A stretch of 64,000 bases of DNA from Aeromicrobium sp. (GTDB lineage: Bacteria > Actinomycetota > Actinomycetes > Propionibacteriales > Nocardioidaceae): assembly GCA_025965115.1 (NCBI GenBank), contig JAOPXO010000201.1, positions 17,460 to 81,459 of the forward strand, written 5' to 3'. Below, piece by piece: positions 59,695-64,000 of the stretch. The notes beneath the pieces are model-generated. The model was given only the letters and a program-made list of their open reading frames with translations, made no database searches and had not been told where the DNA came from. Made by a program: the position numbers and the translations under genes. The number at the start of each line of letters is the position of its first letter. Position 1 is the first letter of the stretch.

Positions 59695-60534
59695 TCACGC
59701 GCGCCAGCGCGAGAAGTGGCGTTCGATCCCGACCAGGCTGTAGTTGATCGCCAAGCCCAGCGCGGAGGTCGTGACGATGCCGGCGTACATCTGCGGGATC
59801 AGGAAGTTCATCTGCGAGTAGTTGATGAGATAGCCAAGGCCTGCCGTGGCGCCGATCATCTCCGCGGCCAGCAGCACCAGGATTGCGGCCGCTCCGGAGA
59901 TCCGAATGCCGGTGAAGATCGTGGGCACCGCCGCAGGGAACACGATCTTGCGGAACGTGGCGACCGGTGACAGTCCGAGCACGCGTGCCGTACGCAGCAG
60001 TTGCGGGTCCACCGACGCCACGCCGCTGATCGTGCTGAGCAGGATCGGGAAGAAGCAGGCGAACAAGACGATGGCGATCTTGGACGTCTCGCCGATGCCG
60101 AGGATCAGCACGAACACCGGCAACAGCGCGAGCGCCGCCGTGTTGCGGAAGATCTCGAGCACCGGAGTCAACAGATCACGTAGCACCGGATACCAGGCCA
60201 CCGCTGCACCGATCGGAATCGCGAGGACGACCGCCAGGCCGAAGCCGACGCCCGAGCGTACGAGACTCGTGCGCACATCGGTCCACAACTCACCCGACTG
60301 GGCGAGGTGCCACCACGCTTTCAGCACGTCCGACAAGGGAGGGATGAAGTGCGGGTCGACCGCTCCGATGCGCGGAGCGATCTCCCACACCGCGGCAAGG
60401 GTGACGATGCCGATCAAGCCGCGGACCGATCGCGCGAACCGTTTGCGGAACCTCGACCGATGACGAACTCCGGCGGCAGCTTCCTGACGTGGATTGAGCC
60501 GCGGCTCGGTCCGCACCTCAAGGAGATCAGGCAA
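59695..60534 (-). CDS. SsuC/TauC-type ABC permease
   Basis: EAA-like loop, AEMIGA..GLG; TTG start at 60534 after GGAGG. Confidence 0.88.
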   Translation of the reverse strand: MPDLLEVRTEPRLNPRQEAAAGVRHRSRFRKRFARSVRGLIGIVTLAAVWEIAPRIGAVDPHFIPPLSDVLKAWWHLAQSGELWTDVRTSLVRSGVGFGLAVVLAIPIGAAVAWYPVLRDLLTPVLEIFRNTAALALLPVFVLILGIGETSKIAIVLFACFFPILLSTISGVASVDPQLLRTARVLGLSPVATFRKIVFPAAVPTIFTGIRISGAAAILVLLAAEMIGATAGLGYLINYSQMNFLIPQMYAGIVTTSALGLAINYSLVGIERHFSRWRA

Positions 60535-61351
60535 CGCGATGCACCTCCTTCGACACATTTCGTACAGCGACGCCCTGGCGCAACAGCGACCAGATCTCGT
60601 GGCGGTGCTCGGCGAATCGGGTGGAGGATCGGATGTCCTCATCAGCCGTCGCTGCACCGAGATCGATGTCGACGATGGCCTTGATCCGGCCCGGCCGGTT
60701 GCTCATCACGGCGACCCGCTCGCCCAGGAAGACCGCTTCCTCAATGTCGTGGGTGATGAACACGATCGTCGTGCCGGTGGCCCGCCAGATCTGGACGAGC
60801 TCCTCCTGCAGGCGCTCGCGAGTCTGCGCATCGAGCGCGCCGAATGGCTCGTCCATCAGCAGCACGCCAGGTTGGTACGACAGGCTGCGAGCGATCGCGA
60901 CGCGTTGCTTCATGCCTCCCGAAAGCTCGTGCGGGTAGCGGCTTGCGAAGTCGCCGAGCCCGACGAGCTCGAGCACTTCGCGGGCACGGGCCGTGCGAGC
61001 CGCCCGGTTGAGGCCGCCGACTGCTTCGAGCGCGAGCTCGATGTTGCCTAGCGCAGTCCGCCACGGCAGCAGCGTGTACTGCTGGAACACCACGCTACGG
61101 TCCGGGCCGGGATCGGTGATGACGGTTCCGTCGGCCAGGACCTGGCCGGATGTCGGGTTGGTCAAACCGCTGATCAGGTCGAGGATCGTCGACTTGCCGC
61201 AACCGCTGGGTCCCACGATGGTCAGGAACTCTCCGGCCTCGATCGTGAGTTCGAGGCCGTCCAGTGCGACGAAGTCCCGGAGGGCCCGGTCCTGCTCGTC
61301 ACGCACACGGAACACTTGACCGACATTGCGCAGCTCGATCCGACTGCTCAT
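60527..61351 (-). CDS. SsuB/TauB-type ABC ATPase
   Basis: GPSGCGKST, LSGGMKQR, DEPFGALD. Confidence 0.9.
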   Translation of the reverse strand: MSSRIELRNVGQVFRVRDEQDRALRDFVALDGLELTIEAGEFLTIVGPSGCGKSTILDLISGLTNPTSGQVLADGTVITDPGPDRSVVFQQYTLLPWRTALGNIELALEAVGGLNRAARTARAREVLELVGLGDFASRYPHELSGGMKQRVAIARSLSYQPGVLLMDEPFGALDAQTRERLQEELVQIWRATGTTIVFITHDIEEAVFLGERVAVMSNRPGRIKAIVDIDLGAATADEDIRSSTRFAEHRHEIWSLLRQGVAVRNVSKEVHRVA

Positions 61352-61352
61352 G

Positions 61353-62375
61353 TCATTTGCCTTTCTCGTCGACGTTGTAGGCGTTCGTGTAGAGATCGCT
61401 CGGCTTGAGCGAGGCGGCCTTGACCTCACCGCTGCTCTTGAGCCAGTCGATCCACAGCGAGAAGTCCTGGTCGCGGAGCACCCCACCGGGGGTCGCGACA
61501 CCATTGCCCTGCCACAGCGTGAGGGCCTTGAGGTCCGCGGCGCGGCCGTGTGCCTTCAACCACTTGCCGATGACCGCGAGGGTCTCCGCCGGCTCGTGCG
61601 CCTGGTCCCAGACGATCGCCTTGGTGATGCCGCGGACCAGCGTGCGGGTGGTCTTCGGGTTGTCCTTGATGAACGAGTCCTTCAGCACGTAGCTGCCACC
61701 GTTGTAGGGGCCGACGAAATCGGTGTCGGTGGCAAGCGTCCGAATGCCGCCGTGCTTGATCGCCAGGATCTTGGCGGCGAAGCCGAGATAGGCGGCATCG
61801 ACCTGGTGCTTGCGCAGTGCCGGCTCGGTGTTGATGCCGGGCAAGGGCACGAGGGTCACCTTGTCGATCTCCTTCGGCGTCAAGCCCTCCTTCTTGAGGT
61901 ACGTGTCGAGCACCGCCTCGGCATTGGCGCCGAGCGTGTTGACGGCGACCTTCTTGCCGATCAGGTCCCGGCCGTTGCGGATCGAGCTGGAGTCGAGGGT
62001 CAGCAACGAGCTGTTGACCTTGTCCGTCGATCCGTAGGCCGCGGAGACCGACTTGAGCTTGATCCCGGTAGAGGCCACCTTCGCGGTGGCACCGTTGAAC
62101 GGTCCGACCGCGACATCGGTCTGGCCGGTGACCAGCGCCTGCAGTGACGCGGGACCGCCCTGCGCCACGCCTACCGTCTTGAGCTTCAGCCCTTTGAGGT
62201 AGCCGAGGGCATCGGCAAGCTCGGCGTAGTTGAGCAGGCCGGGAGCGCTCAGGTAGCGCAGTGTCGTCACCTCCTTGCCGTTGGCGGCTTGGCTCGATGC
62301 GCAGCCGGTGGCGCTCGCGGCGAGCAGTGCGCCGCCGAGTGAGACGGCGAGAGTACGTACGAGGGTGATCTTCAC
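61353..62375 (-). CDS. SsuA/TauA-type substrate-binding lipoprotein
   Basis: ATGC lipobox, DLIGKKVAVNTLG. Confidence 0.88.
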   Translation of the reverse strand: MKITLVRTLAVSLGGALLAASATGCASSQAANGKEVTTLRYLSAPGLLNYAELADALGYLKGLKLKTVGVAQGGPASLQALVTGQTDVAVGPFNGATAKVASTGIKLKSVSAAYGSTDKVNSSLLTLDSSSIRNGRDLIGKKVAVNTLGANAEAVLDTYLKKEGLTPKEIDKVTLVPLPGINTEPALRKHQVDAAYLGFAAKILAIKHGGIRTLATDTDFVGPYNGGSYVLKDSFIKDNPKTTRTLVRGITKAIVWDQAHEPAETLAVIGKWLKAHGRAADLKALTLWQGNGVATPGGVLRDQDFSLWIDWLKSSGEVKAASLKPSDLYTNAYNVDEKGK

Positions 62376-62492
62376 GGTGCTGGCTTCCTGGGTGACGGGG
62401 GCTTCCGGGCTCGGGGTGAAACCGGAACGTCACCAGACTCGTCCACTTTCCGAGACGCTCGTCCCACGTCTTGGACGGCAGACGAGATTGAT

Positions 62493-63644
62493 TCAGCGTG
62501 ACGAGAACTCGACCGCACCCTTCCGCGCCCGCCGCACCAGACCGAGCGGATCCTCGTCGAATGGCACGAGTGCTACGGCGCTCGCGGCGACCGCTTGGAG
62601 GTCAGCGCCATATCTGCCGAACGTCACGTCGAGTGGAGACAGACTCGTAGCCTGCTCAAACGCCTCGATCACCTGGCGTCGCGCGGGCTCGTAGGACGTG
62701 AATCCCTGGCCCACGAGGACGACGCGATCGCAGTCGAGCATGTCACGGACGAAGGCCACCGCCCGGCCAAGCACTCGCGCGCGTTCGCGCAGGATTTCGG
62801 TCGCCCGGGTCGAGCCGGCCTCCGACGACTCATACAGGCGGCGTACGTCCGGCTGGTCGATCAGTCCCTCGGCCTCCGCACGCTGAGCGATCGCCTGATC
62901 GCTCGCGGTTGCCTCCAGGCAGCCGACCGACCGGCACCGGCAGGGTGCCGAGGAACCGGCGGGGAAGTGCGTAAGGAGCCCCGTCCTCGTCACGGTGGTC
63001 TGGTCACCGTGACGCTCCGCAATGGCGAATCCGATCGTGTCACGGGCATAGATGTATGCCGTCATGCCAGCGAATCCCTGCCCGTCCATGGCATGCTCGG
63101 CGGCCGCCGCGGCGGTGATGTGGTCGGCCGGAAGAACGCGAACGCCCAAGGCTTCGCCAAGTCGTCGGCCGACATCCTCGCTGGGCAGCCTCAGGGACGA
63201 CCAAGGCGCGACCACACCAGCCGAAACGATCACCCGGTCGGGGTCGCAGGACCGCAGATCATCTGCCGCTGACCGGATCAGCGCCACCGCGTCGTCGAGC
63301 GAATATGGAGTGCGGTGCTCGCTTCGTTCGAGCACGCGTCCTCGAAGGTCGGCGACACATACCGTCGTCAGGAGTCGGCCGAGGTGCACCCCGATGACAC
63401 CGTGGCCGTTGCCTTCCAGCTGCACCGGCACACTCGGCCGACCAACAGCGCCAACCCTGCCCATATCGGGCCTGGTGCGGATCAGTCCGGCGCCGGTCAG
63501 CTCGGTGATCGTCCGGGAGACCGTGGCCTGGCTCAAACCGGTCGCCTCCACGACGTTCTCACGCAGCACGACACCCGCGCGGCGAACATGCCCGAACACT
63601 CGCGCGGCCGGGCGCGCATGCATGCCATGGGAGACGACCAGCAT
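62493..63644 (-). CDS. ROK family transcriptional regulator (SsuR/CysR/Rv0485-like)
   Basis: HTH TGLSQATVSR, GRP, CRCRSVGCLE; start probably ATG 63644. Confidence 0.85.
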   Translation of the reverse strand: MLVVSHGMHARPAARVFGHVRRAGVVLRENVVEATGLSQATVSRTITELTGAGLIRTRPDMGRVGAVGRPSVPVQLEGNGHGVIGVHLGRLLTTVCVADLRGRVLERSEHRTPYSLDDAVALIRSAADDLRSCDPDRVIVSAGVVAPWSSLRLPSEDVGRRLGEALGVRVLPADHITAAAAAEHAMDGQGFAGMTAYIYARDTIGFAIAERHGDQTTVTRTGLLTHFPAGSSAPCRCRSVGCLEATASDQAIAQRAEAEGLIDQPDVRRLYESSEAGSTRATEILRERARVLGRAVAFVRDMLDCDRVVLVGQGFTSYEPARRQVIEAFEQATSLSPLDVTFGRYGADLQAVAASAVALVPFDEDPLGLVRRARKGAVEFSSR

Positions 63645-63760
63645 TCGACACCCTCTGCCCGAGTTGAAGGGGATTGTCCGATCAGTCAACCGCCCGGAGA
63701 CCACGGTCATCTCGTCGTCTCGTCTGCCGATCACCGGCATCGCGGCGCGCCAGAATGTGC

Positions 63761-64000
63761 TCAGCTCGACGGGCGAAGGTGCTTGAACGCGTCGAGATTG
63801 CGGGTCGACTCGCCACGGGACTCGCGCCACTCCCACTCCTTGCGGATGGACGACGCGAAGCCTAGCTCGAGGATCGTGTTGAACGACTCGTCTGCATATG
63901 TCAGGACTGCCCCGAGCACCCGGTCGATCTCGTCGGCCGTGACGGCGTGCAGTGCCATCCGGCCGTCGAGATAGATGTCGCCACTGGAGTCGACCGCGAA
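63761..64000 (-). CDS. YbjN-domain protein (Rv0487-like), 5' end outside the window
   Basis: DRVLG-VL-YAD-SFN-ILELGFASSIRKEW-WR-SRGE---NL-AF, typical of the gene between mshA and gpmA. Confidence 0.75.
   Translation of the reverse strand, partial: FAVDSSGDIYLDGRMALHAVTADEIDRVLGAVLTYADESFNTILELGFASSIRKEWEWRESRGESTRNLDAFKHLRPSS

Noticed and set aside
63645-63760. Cys-containing leader peptide for the sulfur operon
   Set aside because: Looked for one upstream of the ROK and binding-protein genes; none found

Overview
High-GC actinobacterial chromosome segment (gene content and order suggest Nocardioidaceae, e.g. Aeromicrobium/Nocardioides-like; this is inference). Bases 1 to ~36.2 kb form a catabolic island abutting the 3' end of a tRNA-Thr(TGT) gene. 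It holds an Mce importer (2 YrbE, its own MceG-type ATPase, six Mce subunits, the last cut by the window edge), a TetR regulator, a P450 with ferredoxin and reductase, two Rieske oxygenases with a PDR/VanB reductase, a nicotinoprotein alcohol dehydrogenase, an ALDH, SCP2, CoA-ligase/hydratases/CoA-transferase, a degenerate MshD-like GNAT, a secreted hydrolase and an ABC importer. A 13-bp palindrome, CTAAY-N3-RTTAG, recurs about 12 times in front of nearly every transcription unit of the island and often overlaps sigma-70-type promoters; it probably defines one TetR regulon for an unknown hydrophobic substrate. The rest is mostly core genome (rlmB-cysS, ispF, carD, phoU-senX3-regX3, gpmA, ybjN-like) with insertions: a 1438-aa surface protein preceded by a KstR-type box, tandem paralogous lipoproteins, a cysteine-free DsbA/FrnE homologue, and an ROK-regulated organosulfur-scavenging operon whose proteins are depleted in Cys/Met. 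All calls come from motif recognition by eye; no database searches were run.
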